Of a stretch of 64,000 bases of DNA, positions 20,291 to 29,485 are shown piece after piece. The number at the start of each line of letters is the position of its first letter. Positions within the stretch are counted from its first letter, which is position 1. Origin of the DNA: Candidatus Brocadiia bacterium (lineage in GTDB: Bacteria > Planctomycetota > Brocadiia > CAIUPP01). Under the pieces are notes generated by a model, which made no database searches, was not told where the DNA came from, and saw only the letters and a program-made list of their open reading frames with translations. The translations under genes and the position numbers were made by a program. The stretch spans positions 128,001 through 192,000 of the forward strand of contig JBEKCB010000004.1 in assembly GCA_050015075.1 (NCBI GenBank), read 5' to 3'.

Positions 20291-20569
20291 TAGGGATTCC
20301 GCTCCACTGGAATGAGTTCCATAGTGATAGCGGACACCCGCAGTGAGCGTATCATCCTTATCTCATGATCTGACAACATGTTACACGCCGAAATGTGGCC
20401 AGTTCTCATCCCCGCGCTTCCAAGTTGATAATTCAGATGTAACAGGCCGCTCGCCGGCGCCCAACTGCCACGCACGAGCGCGCAACGTAAGTATTTATTT
20501 CTCACCGCCTTACGCCTTGAGCCGAACCTCCAATCCTGCGAGACGATTTTCCTTCGAAATTTCCATTCG

Positions 20570-20585
20570 CGGCATCCCCTTTGCT
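20570..20585 (+). promoter_or_regulatory. sigma-54 (-24/-12) promoter
   Basis: CGGCATC-CCCT-TTGCT. GG and GC are correctly spaced, about 60 nt upstream of the second activator gene. Confidence 0.6.
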
Positions 20586-20646
20586 TTTCCGACTAACGCT
20601 TGCGCTGCGGCGTTACGTGAATTCTTCGAATGAAGGAAGGAATGAC

Positions 20647-22026
20647 ATGGCAGCGAACGCAGTGGTGATGGTCGTGGACGACGACGAGAAACTGCGGAGT
20701 CTGGTCGGCACCGTGCTCTCTCGCGCGGGGCACGAAGTCATCACCGCCGCCGACGGCGAGGAGGCGCTCGGCCTGCTCAGCGAGAAGTTGCCGGACCTGG
20801 TGCTGACGGACCTCAGCATGCCGCGAATGGACGGCGTGCGGCTTGTCGAGGAAGTGCGGAAACGCGACCCCCTGCTGCCGCTGATCGTTCTCACCGGGCT
20901 CGGGACGGTGGACAAGGCCGTCGAGATGATGCAGAAGGGTGCGTGCGACTTCATCGCGAAACCGTTCAGCACTGAGCAGCTCGCCCGTTCGGTGAAGAGC
21001 GCGCTCCAGAGCCAGCTCTTCCGGCGCGAAGTGCTGCGCCTGCGTTCCGAGCAGCGCTCGCGGCTGGGCGACATCGGCGCGGAGCTTATCAGCGCCAGCC
21101 CGAAAATGGCCGCCATCTATCGCATGGTCAAGCAGGTCGCTCACAGCCCGACGACGACGGTGCTGATCCAGGGCGAGAGCGGCACGGGCAAAGAGCTGAT
21201 CGCGCGCGCGATCCACCTCTCGTCGGCGCGGCGCGGGCAGTGCTTCATGGAGATCAACTGCGCGGCGCTGAACGAGTCGCTCCTCGAGGCGGAACTCTTC
21301 GGGTACGAGAAAAATGCATTCACGGGCGCGGCGACCGCCGGCAAGCCGGGCCTCTTCGAGGTCGCGGACGGCGGCACGGTGTTCCTCGACGAGATCGGCG
21401 AGATGACGCTGCCGCTGCAGGCGAAGCTGTTGCGTGTGCTCCAGGAGCGGCGCTTCAAGCGCGTCGGCGGCATCGAGGACGTGGAAGTGGACGTGCGCAT
21501 CATCGCCTCGACGAACCGCGACCTGGAGACGCTCATCCGGCAGGGCCAGTTCAGGCTGGACCTGTTCTACCGCCTGCGCGTCATGCCGCTGCTGCTGCCG
21601 CCGCTGCGTGAGCGGAAAGAGGACATTGAGCCGATCGCGCAGCACTACGTCGAGTTCTTCAGCTCGCGCCTCTTCAAGAAGGTCACGGGCCTCACGGCGC
21701 AGGCGCTCCAAGCGCTTGAGAAGTATCGCTGGCCGGGCAACGTGCGCGAACTGCGCAATGTCATCGAGCGAGCCGTGATCCTGTCGCCGGGCGGCGAGAT
21801 CGGCTCCGAATCGCTCCTCTTCCGCGGCGCGCCGAGCGGCCCGGAGGCCGACGCGGAATGCGCGTCGGAGAACCTGTCCATGGCCGAAACGGAACGGCGG
21901 CTGATCGGCCGCGTGCTGACGAACACCGCCTGGCGCAAGGGCCAGGCGGCGCAAATCCTGGGCATCAATCGCACGACGCTCTACAACAAAATCCGCGAGT
22001 ACTCACTGGCGCCGGGCGTCGGATAA
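20647..22026 (+). CDS. Sigma-54-dependent response regulator (NtrC/AtoC family)
   Basis: Receiver (DLSMP), GESGTGKE, NAFTGA, FLDEIGE, WPGNVREL, HTH. GAAGGA RBS. Confidence 0.94.
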   Translation: MAANAVVMVVDDDEKLRSLVGTVLSRAGHEVITAADGEEALGLLSEKLPDLVLTDLSMPRMDGVRLVEEVRKRDPLLPLIVLTGLGTVDKAVEMMQKGACDFIAKPFSTEQLARSVKSALQSQLFRREVLRLRSEQRSRLGDIGAELISASPKMAAIYRMVKQVAHSPTTTVLIQGESGTGKELIARAIHLSSARRGQCFMEINCAALNESLLEAELFGYEKNAFTGAATAGKPGLFEVADGGTVFLDEIGEMTLPLQAKLLRVLQERRFKRVGGIEDVEVDVRIIASTNRDLETLIRQGQFRLDLFYRLRVMPLLLPPLRERKEDIEPIAQHYVEFFSSRLFKKVTGLTAQALQALEKYRWPGNVRELRNVIERAVILSPGGEIGSESLLFRGAPSGPEADAECASENLSMAETERRLIGRVLTNTAWRKGQAAQILGINRTTLYNKIREYSLAPGVG

Positions 22027-22037
22027 AGGAGAAAAAG

Positions 22038-22490
22038 ATGGATCGGGAACGGCCGGGCGCGGCTCATGATCTCCGACAGGCCTCGGCGGACGACGGGCAT
22101 GAACACCGCGCCGCCATCGCCGGCGGGCCACAGGAAGGCGCCGTCTCCGCCATGAATGCCGTGCTGAACGGTTACCGGGAAGAGGCGGAGATCTATCTTC
22201 ACGTGCTGCAACTGACATGGCGGCAGCGGGACGTACTCAGGAATGGCTTCGATCTGAGCCTGTTCCGCGATCTGCTGCAAGAAAAAGAGGATCTTCTGCG
22301 GATGGCCGCGCAGATCAACTCGGAAATGAAGAACGCCAAATCGCTCGTGCTGTCTTACCCCGCGACGCAGTGGCCGGAACGCCGGGAACTGGAGACGGTG
22401 CTCGACCGACTGGCCGACACGGTCGAGGAGGTCCGCATCGCCGAGGACAAAAACGCATGCCTGCTGGAGACCGCCCCTTCGAAGAATTGA
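22038..22490 (+). CDS. Helical hypothetical protein, FlgN-like
   Basis: AAGGAG RBS directly after the regulator. The pattern Y..L.L...Q...L...D...LL.EK..LL ending N..LL resembles FlgN chaperones. Confidence 0.6.
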   Translation: MDRERPGAAHDLRQASADDGHEHRAAIAGGPQEGAVSAMNAVLNGYREEAEIYLHVLQLTWRQRDVLRNGFDLSLFRDLLQEKEDLLRMAAQINSEMKNAKSLVLSYPATQWPERRELETVLDRLADTVEEVRIAEDKNACLLETAPSKN

Positions 22491-22507
22491 TCGGAATGTC
22501 GTTGTTT

Positions 22508-22556
22508 GTAATGGCGCCGTCAGGCGCTGCTTCGTATGCCCTGCCGGGCACACTAC
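22508..22556. repeat. GTAG-type REP doublet (REPIN), copy 1
   Basis: GTAATG GCGCC GTCA GGCGC ... TGCCC TGCC GGGCA CACTAC. Confidence 0.85.
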
Positions 22557-22563
22557 GGGCGGA

Positions 22564-23124
22564 TCATTTCGCTGAAGTCGCCGCAGAAGACACCGTGGCC
22601 GGACTGCCCGTCTCCGGCGTCGAGCCGCCGCGGGCTATGAGTTCGCGGACTCTTTTTCGCAACGGGGCTACGTCCTGTTGATTAAACTGCCTGGCATCGG
22701 CCACCAGCTTTAGATTCACTGAATTGACCCCGTCGCGCGCCTTCTGGATCGCGTCCGCGTCGGCGCCGCGCTCAGCCTGCACCAGTTGCTGGAAAGCAAG
22801 GAGGCGCGCTGCTTCATCCTGATGCACGACCTGCAAGTCTGCGATCGCCTTATCGAGCAGCGTCTGAACTTCCGGATCGTTCTTGGCATGAAGATTAACC
22901 GCCGCGACCATGAGAATCTGCGGCAAATCCCCCGTGTCAGGCCGTTGTGAGTCGCCGGGGCCCGGTCGTTTCGTAGCCGCCCCTTGGCCGGCCACAGGCT
23001 GCGTGGCGCCCGCGGTGGAAGGCGAGACGGGAGTGGCATTCGGGTCAGCCGCGTAAGCTACGACCACGAGCATCACGAGGGCTGCCGCGACCGCGACGCC
23101 GCTCCAGATCAAATGCTTTCTCAT
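22564..23124 (-). CDS. Exported hypothetical protein
   Basis: Signal peptide MRKHLIWSGVAVAAALVMLVVVAYAA, then a helical body. The real start lies inside the longer ORF call. Confidence 0.75.
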   Translation of the reverse strand: MRKHLIWSGVAVAAALVMLVVVAYAADPNATPVSPSTAGATQPVAGQGAATKRPGPGDSQRPDTGDLPQILMVAAVNLHAKNDPEVQTLLDKAIADLQVVHQDEAARLLAFQQLVQAERGADADAIQKARDGVNSVNLKLVADARQFNQQDVAPLRKRVRELIARGGSTPETGSPATVSSAATSAK

Positions 23125-23183
23125 CGTTGTGTCTCTTTGCCCGAATGAACCGGCGTCTCTTGCCGTACTCCGCCATAGGGCTA

Positions 23184-23201
23184 TAGCAACACTCATGCCA
23201 A
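23184..23201 (-). promoter_or_regulatory. sigma-54 (-24/-12) promoter
   Basis: TTGGCATG-AGTG-TTGCTA, near consensus, about 60 nt upstream of ATG 23124. Confidence 0.75.
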
Positions 23202-23372
23202 CCTGTCTGCGCACCGGCAGGCGAGGCGCATCGCGCGTCTGCATAACGCGTTGTGACTTATTTTCGGCGACAGCCATGCTGCCGGATCGGCATTGCAGTT
23301 GCCCACACACTTGTCGCGATAGCCTACACGGAGAGCGCGGCGGGTGGCTTGGGCTGCCTCGGGGACAGGATA

Positions 23373-24476
23373 CTAAGAGAGAATCCGGGATGACGGCCCG
23401 TCGGCGGCTCGCTGCGCTCGGCGGACTGCCCACTGGATTGGCAGCAGCAGGATTCGGATCACGAGCGCCGCGAGGACGAGGAGCGGGATGCCGATCGCGC
23501 CGGCGAGCAGCGCTACAAGGAGAATGGCGATTCCCAGGCCGATGACGAACCCGATAGCCGGCAGCGCCACGAACACAACGAGGGCGATGATGAGCGCCGC
23601 CGTCATCAGGGCCAGCGCCACGCCGGCGACCTTGAGCGCCGGCGGGTGAATCTCCCGCCCTCCGAACCGCACACGCCAGCGCGAAAGCGATTCCGGCCTC
23701 GCGCTTCCGGACCCGGCGTCCGGCTTCACCGGGCTGTGGTCCACCGGCGCGACCGAGGCCGTCCGCGCGCTGGAGAGGTAATGAGCGACATCGGCCTGCG
23801 GATCTATGTGCAGCGATTCCGAATATTCCACCACCTCGATCCGGCAGCCCGGCCCGATCGTCACCTGCCGGCCGCGCACTGTGCCCGCGCGCGTGGCTTC
23901 GAGGTGAACGCTTTCCCCCTCGATCGTCTCGGCCGCCAGGAGGGCCGAAGACCACGGCCATGCGAAATCGAGCAGCCGCCATCGCCATGACGCCCGCCGT
24001 ACGGCGATCTCCGGCGCGACGATCTCCGAGGCGCGCGAGCGCCCTGCGAGGGCCATCTGGATTCGCTGCCCGCTGACCGATCCGCCGACGTCGAACGCGC
24101 CGCTCAACTGAAGCTGGTCCACCTCAAGGTTCCCGCCGCACTCCGCGAAGCCGGAGATCGTCGCCTCGCGCGCCTTCAGCGTTCCGCCGGCGATCAGCCG
24201 GCCGGAGAACTTGAGCGTCTCGGCGCGGAGGTCTCCGCCGATCCGGCCCCTGCCGGAGCCGCGCAGCGCCTGCGCCTGCAGGTCGCGTCCGACCTCGAAC
24301 CCGCCGGAGGCGGAGAACGTCCCGGCCTTGACGCCGCCCTCCATCATGCACGAGCCGGCGATGCTGACCGCAGCGGCCTCCAGGTCGCCGCCGGTCCTGC
24401 TCGAGCCGGAAACCGACACCTCGTCATAAACACCGCCGGCGAACTCGGTCTTGCCGGAGAGTTTGAGGGCTTTCAT
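23373..24476 (-). CDS. Bactofilin/polymer-forming cytoskeletal-like protein with C-terminal TM helices
   Basis: Repeated SG..GGDL.A..(V/L).. beta-helix units and IEGESVHLEATRAGTVRGRQVTIGPGCRIEVVEYSE, resembling Bacillus YhbE/YhbF. Hydrophobic tail. Confidence 0.75.
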   Translation of the reverse strand: MKALKLSGKTEFAGGVYDEVSVSGSSRTGGDLEAAAVSIAGSCMMEGGVKAGTFSASGGFEVGRDLQAQALRGSGRGRIGGDLRAETLKFSGRLIAGGTLKAREATISGFAECGGNLEVDQLQLSGAFDVGGSVSGQRIQMALAGRSRASEIVAPEIAVRRASWRWRLLDFAWPWSSALLAAETIEGESVHLEATRAGTVRGRQVTIGPGCRIEVVEYSESLHIDPQADVAHYLSSARTASVAPVDHSPVKPDAGSGSARPESLSRWRVRFGGREIHPPALKVAGVALALMTAALIIALVVFVALPAIGFVIGLGIAILLVALLAGAIGIPLLVLAALVIRILLLPIQWAVRRAQRAADGPSSRILS

Positions 24477-24568
24477 GTCGAGCCAACTTTCCGAAACCAC
24501 GTCACCTGCAGCGACGCCTCATACAATCCAGAAGATTACCGCCGCGCGCGCGCCGCCGCAAGTCCAAT

Positions 24569-26074
24569 TCAGGGCATCTCGCAGCCCGCGCCGTAGGTCA
24601 GCGACTCCAGGCGGCTCAAACAGCTCGAAAGCCAACGGCGACCGAGCCAGGTCTCGCACTCTTCCAGAAGGCGGATCGCCAGGCATCCGCTCAACATCAG
24701 GAGCAGCAAGTATGCCGGCCATACGATGCGCTCCTGACCGTATAGTATCAGCGTGATCAGGAGGAAATTCACCAGGACGAAGGCGCAGCCCATGCGACCG
24801 GGATCGCGCCAGAGCTTGGCCAGTTCCCGGCGGAACGGCGCGCTGAGCAGTCCTGCGCCGAGAAGCGCCAGCCACAGGATAAAACTGACCACGAACGCCA
24901 GGTGAAGCACGAGCAGCGCCGCCAGGAGCACGGCCAATATTCCGAAGCGCATCCACGGCCGTGCGTTCAAACCGTCCATGAATATGCACGCCGTCACGAG
25001 CAACAGCAGCGCCATGAACCATCGCGGCGGCCGCTCCCAGGCCGCGTTCTCGAGCTTCCGGATCAGCGCCGTGGGCAAGTACGACGGGTGATCGGCATAG
25101 AATCCCACCACGAGCGATAACGCGGAACGCCCCGGCCGCTCCTTCAGCGCGCGGGAGTAAAAGCTGTTCGCGTCATCCTGCCACTGCGGGTTCCAATGAC
25201 CGCGAGACAATGTGTATTCGTTGTTCCCGGCCAGCAGGATGTCCGGTCCTTGCGTGGAAACGAACGTCGGCCGACCGGTACGAACCGTCGCGTATCCCGA
25301 CCACAAAGCGACCGGCACGACCGTGACCGCGATCGTCGTCATGACGGCGGACATGCGGTACGCCCTCGATCCGAAGGCGCGCAGGAACGCATACCCCAGG
25401 AAGAACGCGGGAAGGAAAATCAGCGAGCCCTTCACCAGCAGCGCCACGGCAAGGCTGGCGCCCAGCGCCATCCCGGCGATCCAGTCGCGCCGGCGCTGGA
25501 ACAGGACCCAGGCCGCCAGGACCAGGAAAACGCAGAGGCATATTAACACTTCGCTCAGGATGGCCAGCGCGGCGTCCGCATGCAAGTGGACCAGCGCGAT
25601 TCCGCCGATGATGCCTCCGGCAAAACCGCGCACGCCCAACAGGCCGTGTCCGAGGAGCGGCAGAAGCGCGGCCATCGCCACGAGCCCAAGCAACTGGAGG
25701 AGCATGACGATGTCCGGACGCACGCCGAAGAGCCGGTAAATAACCGCAAGCGCGACCGGATATCCGGGCGCCCGGTAAAAAGTTCCCGCTCCAGCGCCCT
25801 CTCCGGCTGCGGCAGGCCTGTTCCGGTCGTCGCGCGCGGCCGCCGGTTCGAAGGCATACTGCTCGGACGGCAGGATCTCCGCGACGTCGTACCGGTGCGC
25901 CTTCAAGAGGTTAACGGCCAACAACTGATAGTCGCGCGCGTCGGCGATAAACGAGGCGTTCGACGGGACCGGGTATTTGTGGAGCGCATACGCCGCCAGC
26001 GCGACAAACAGGGCGACAACAATGCCCCACCGCAATACGCAAGGGGATAGTTTGGGACTGGTGAGGACAGCCAC
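24569..26074 (-). CDS. GT-C fold membrane glycosyltransferase (ArnT/PMT-like)
   Basis: Multiple TM helices, DARDY, YRAPGYP, LSE motifs. Confidence 0.75.
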   Translation of the reverse strand: MAVLTSPKLSPCVLRWGIVVALFVALAAYALHKYPVPSNASFIADARDYQLLAVNLLKAHRYDVAEILPSEQYAFEPAAARDDRNRPAAAGEGAGAGTFYRAPGYPVALAVIYRLFGVRPDIVMLLQLLGLVAMAALLPLLGHGLLGVRGFAGGIIGGIALVHLHADAALAILSEVLICLCVFLVLAAWVLFQRRRDWIAGMALGASLAVALLVKGSLIFLPAFFLGYAFLRAFGSRAYRMSAVMTTIAVTVVPVALWSGYATVRTGRPTFVSTQGPDILLAGNNEYTLSRGHWNPQWQDDANSFYSRALKERPGRSALSLVVGFYADHPSYLPTALIRKLENAAWERPPRWFMALLLLVTACIFMDGLNARPWMRFGILAVLLAALLVLHLAFVVSFILWLALLGAGLLSAPFRRELAKLWRDPGRMGCAFVLVNFLLITLILYGQERIVWPAYLLLLMLSGCLAIRLLEECETWLGRRWLSSCLSRLESLTYGAGCEMP

Positions 26075-26092
26075 CCGTTTTAGCTCCGGCTT

Positions 26093-26149
26093 GTAGTGGC
26101 GCCGTCAGGCGCTATTTCGTATGCCCTGATGCCCTTGCGGGCACACTAC
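26093..26149. repeat. GTAG-type REP doublet, copy 2 (internal 8-bp duplication)
   Basis: GTAGTGGCGCCGTCAGGCGC...GGGCACACTAC. Supplies the stop codon at 26146-26148. Confidence 0.88.
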
Positions 26150-26922
26150 GAGCGGCCCGAGGTCCGCGCCAGTCGGGCGTTCGTCGCGGCGGCGCGTTTG
26201 CGCTTGCACGAATCGCAGAGGAGCGTGGCCGCGGCGAGCGACTCGCCGACCTTCTTGCGGACCCGATCGGCCATCGGCGCGCTGCCGATGACCGCGCCGC
26301 ACTCGGAGCATTTGAGGAGTTTGATGCGGCTCTTGAACGGCGAGATTTCGACCTCGTCCGCGTGCCAGCGCAGCTTGATGGTGCCGACGGGGCAGACGGC
26401 GGCGCAGGCGCCGCAGCCGACGCACGCCTCGGACGGCTGCAGGAACGGCGCCGCGACGACGCGGTTCACGCCGCGGTTGACGAACGAGATCGCGGACGCG
26501 CCGATGATCTCGCGGCAGACGTTCACGCAGAGCCCGCAGAGGATGCAGTCGCGCTGCGATTGCGTCACCGTCGGCAGCCGCCCGGCCTTGACGCCGAGCA
26601 GCTTCGCCATTTCCTTCAGCGGCTCCGATTCCGGCGCGCGCGCCAGGAGCAGTTCCATCACGCCGCGGCGCGCCTTGACGACTTTGTCGCTCGTGGTCGA
26701 GACGACCAGCCCGTCGCGGACGTTGTAGCAGCAGGAGGTGACGATGCGCGTCCGGCTGCCCTGCTTGACCTCGACCAGGCAGAGCCGGCACGCGCCGTAC
26801 GAAGCCACCGCCGGATGGTAGCAGAGCGCAGGGACGAAAATCCCCGCCGCGCGCGCCGCGTCGAGCACCGTCGCGCCGTCGCGAATCTCAACCGTCTTGC
26901 CGTCAATCGTCAGTTTCGCCAC
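26146..26922 (-). CDS. 2Fe-2S plus 2x[4Fe-4S] protein (NuoG/HydA N-terminal-like, no catalytic domain)
   Basis: PALCYH..GACRLCLVE..SC, CILCGLCVNVC, CVGCGACAAVCP, and C-terminal CSEC..CDSC. Confidence 0.88.
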   Translation of the reverse strand: MAKLTIDGKTVEIRDGATVLDAARAAGIFVPALCYHPAVASYGACRLCLVEVKQGSRTRIVTSCCYNVRDGLVVSTTSDKVVKARRGVMELLLARAPESEPLKEMAKLLGVKAGRLPTVTQSQRDCILCGLCVNVCREIIGASAISFVNRGVNRVVAAPFLQPSEACVGCGACAAVCPVGTIKLRWHADEVEISPFKSRIKLLKCSECGAVIGSAPMADRVRKKVGESLAAATLLCDSCKRKRAAATNARLARTSGRS

Positions 26923-26931
26923 AGCCTCACC

Positions 26932-27092
26932 TTCACCACCAAGGCACCAAGGCACAAAGACATGACGACTTCCACGACGGAATACACGGAGCACACCGAA
27001 TGAATTTCCTAAACAGCTTCAGTGTCTTCCGTGTGTTCCGTGGTTGCAATATCAGCTGACGTTCTTGGTGCCCTCGTGCCTTGGTGGTAAAA
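26932..27092. repeat. Second family of nested inverted-repeat element
   Basis: Outer CACCACCAAGGCACCAAGGCAC / GTGCCCTCGTGCCTTGGTGGT. Inner ACGGAATACACGGAGCACACCGAA / TTCAGTGTCTTCCGTGTGTTCCGT. Confidence 0.88.
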
Positions 27093-27093
27093 A

Positions 27094-28965
27094 CTAGACT
27101 TTCGCCACCGCCGAGAACGGGCAGACCTCGTAACATTTCCCGCACCGGGTGCACTTTGCGGCTTCGATGACGTGCGCCTGCTTGCGCTCGCCGGTGATGA
27201 TCTTCTCGGGGCATTCCTTCTTGCACAGGCCGCAGCCTTTGCATTTCTCGGCGACGATCTGGAACTTGAACAGCCCGCGGCACTCGTGCGCCGGGCAGTG
27301 GCGCTCGAGGATGTGCTCGTCGTATTCCTTGCGGAAATAATGGATGGTGCTGCGGATCGGGTTGCAGGCGGTATTGCCGAGCCCGCAGAGCGCGGCGACT
27401 TCGAGGATATCGCAGAGTTCCAGCAGCAGCTCCACGTCGCCCGGCTGGCCTTTGCCCGCGCAGATGCGCTCGAGGACGTGCAGCGCCTGGGCGACGCCTT
27501 CGCGGCAGGCGGTGCATTTCCCGCAGGACTCCTTGACGAGGAAGTCCAGGAAGTACCGCGCCACGCCGACCATGCAGGTGTCCTCGTCCATGACGATGAG
27601 GCCGCCGGAGCCCATCATCGAGCCGAGCTTCGTCAGCGCGTCGAAATCCACCGGCGTATCCAGCAGGCTCTCCGGGATGCATCCGCCGGACGGGCCGCCG
27701 GTCTGCACGGCCTTCAGCTTCCGCCCGCCGGGCACGCCGCCGCCGATGTCGCAGACGATCTCGCGCAGGCTCATGCCCATCGGCACCTCGACGAGGCCGG
27801 TGTTCGTGATCTTGCCGACGAGCGAGAAAACTTTGGTGCCCTTGCTGCCTTCGGTGCCGACGGAGGCGAACGCCTTCGCGCCGTTCGTGATGATGTACGG
27901 CACGTTCGCCCAGGTCTCGACGTTATTGAGCGTGGTCGGCTTGCCGTGGAGACCGACCTCGACGGTGTGGACGTACTTCGCGCGCGGCTCGCCGACCTTG
28001 CCCTCGAGCGAGGCCATCAGCGCGGTGGATTCGCCGCACACGAACGCGCCGCCGCCGCGGTTGATGCGGATGTCGAAGGAGAATCCCGAGCCGAGGATGT
28101 CCTCGCCGAGCAGCCCGTACCGGTGCGCGTCCTCGATCGCCTGGCGCAGCCGGACGACCGCCAGCGGGTATTCGTTGCGGACGTAGATGAAGCCCTGGTG
28201 CGAGCCGATGGCGAACGCGCCGATGATCATCCCCTCGATCACCGAGTGCGGCACGTCCTCCATGACCGAGCGGTCCATGAACGCGCCCGGGTCGCCTTCG
28301 TCGCCGTTGCAGATGACGTAGCGGACGTCGCCGTGCGCGTCGCGGCAGGTGCGCCACTTGCGGCCGGTCGGGAACCCGCCGCCACCGCGGCCGCGCAGGC
28401 CGGAAAGCTCGACTTCCTTGATGATCTGCTCGGGCGTCATCTCGGTCAGCGCCTTGGCGAGCGCGGCGTAACCGCCCATGGCGATGTAATCGTCAATGCT
28501 CGTCGGGTCAATGAACCCGTTGTAGCGCAGGACGAAGCGCGTCTGCCTGCGGTAGAAGGGAATCTCCTGGCTGGTGGCGACGCTCTTTCCGGTGTCCGGG
28601 TCCGCGTAGAGCAGCCGGGCGACGGCGCGCCCGCCGAGGATCGTCTCGCGCACGATCTCGGGCACGTCGGCCTCCTGAACGTTGCAATAGAGGATATTGC
28701 CGGGATGCACGATGAGGATCGGCCCGATCTCGCAGAAACCGTGGCAGCCGATGCGCTTGAGCTGCACGTCTTTGCCGCCGGCACGGACCTCCTCGACCGC
28801 CCCTTGCAAGGCCGCGAAGAGTCTGCCGGAACCTTTGACCTCGCATCCACCGCCCCGGCAGAGCGAAATCACCGTGCCGGTCGGCTTGCCGCGCGCGGCG
28901 GCCTCTTCGCGAAGGCGCGCCAGGTCGGCGGGCGAATTCAGCAGCCGTTCCGTCGCGACGATCAT
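27094..28965 (-). CDS. HydB/BfuB-like NADH-binding flavoprotein (NuoF family, long form)
   Basis: N-terminal GCHGFCEIGP FeS domain, GLRGRGGGGFPTG, NGDEGDPGAFMDR, ESCGKCTACREG, C-terminal 2x[4Fe-4S]. Confidence 0.93.
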   Translation of the reverse strand: MIVATERLLNSPADLARLREEAAARGKPTGTVISLCRGGGCEVKGSGRLFAALQGAVEEVRAGGKDVQLKRIGCHGFCEIGPILIVHPGNILYCNVQEADVPEIVRETILGGRAVARLLYADPDTGKSVATSQEIPFYRRQTRFVLRYNGFIDPTSIDDYIAMGGYAALAKALTEMTPEQIIKEVELSGLRGRGGGGFPTGRKWRTCRDAHGDVRYVICNGDEGDPGAFMDRSVMEDVPHSVIEGMIIGAFAIGSHQGFIYVRNEYPLAVVRLRQAIEDAHRYGLLGEDILGSGFSFDIRINRGGGAFVCGESTALMASLEGKVGEPRAKYVHTVEVGLHGKPTTLNNVETWANVPYIITNGAKAFASVGTEGSKGTKVFSLVGKITNTGLVEVPMGMSLREIVCDIGGGVPGGRKLKAVQTGGPSGGCIPESLLDTPVDFDALTKLGSMMGSGGLIVMDEDTCMVGVARYFLDFLVKESCGKCTACREGVAQALHVLERICAGKGQPGDVELLLELCDILEVAALCGLGNTACNPIRSTIHYFRKEYDEHILERHCPAHECRGLFKFQIVAEKCKGCGLCKKECPEKIITGERKQAHVIEAAKCTRCGKCYEVCPFSAVAKV

Positions 28966-29453
28966 GGCTTCTCCTTCGCGCCGTACTCGGCAAGGATCTC
29001 CGGCACCTGCGCGGGCGTCACCTTGCCGTAGTACTTCTCGTCAATCATCAGCACCGGCGCCAGCGCGCAGGCGCCGAGGCAGTTCACCGGCTGGTACGTG
29101 AACAGCCGGTCCTCCGTCGTGCCGCCCGGCTCGATCTTGAGCCGGCCCTGGATCGCTTCGGCCACCGCCTTCGCGCCCTTGAGGTAGCAGACGGTGCCGA
29201 CGCAGAGCGTGATGAGGTGCTTGCCGCGCGGCGTCAGCGAGAAGGTCGTATAGAACGTGGCGACGGAGTAGATGCGGCTGAGCGGCACGTCGAGGACTTC
29301 CGCCAGCCGCTTCATCGCCTCCGGCGGCACGTGCTCGTTCTCGGACTGGAGGTCCTGCAGCATCGGGATGAGGAAGTCCGGGTCGCGCCCGTAACGCGCG
29401 ACCACGGCATCCGCAGCGGCGCGGTAGTCGGGCTTTGCAGTCTTCGTCGGCAT
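28962..29453 (-). CDS. HydC/NuoE-like 2Fe-2S subunit
   Basis: VATFY, CVGTVC, CLGACALAP. Confidence 0.92.
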   Translation of the reverse strand: MPTKTAKPDYRAAADAVVARYGRDPDFLIPMLQDLQSENEHVPPEAMKRLAEVLDVPLSRIYSVATFYTTFSLTPRGKHLITLCVGTVCYLKGAKAVAEAIQGRLKIEPGGTTEDRLFTYQPVNCLGACALAPVLMIDEKYYGKVTPAQVPEILAEYGAKEKP

Positions 29454-29485
29454 GGTTGCTTACTCAAAACGACGGCAGGGCCGGA

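Noticed and set aside
27094-29453. Respiratory complex I nuoEF
   Set aside because: No other nuo genes are present, and the domain architecture is HydB/HydC-like.
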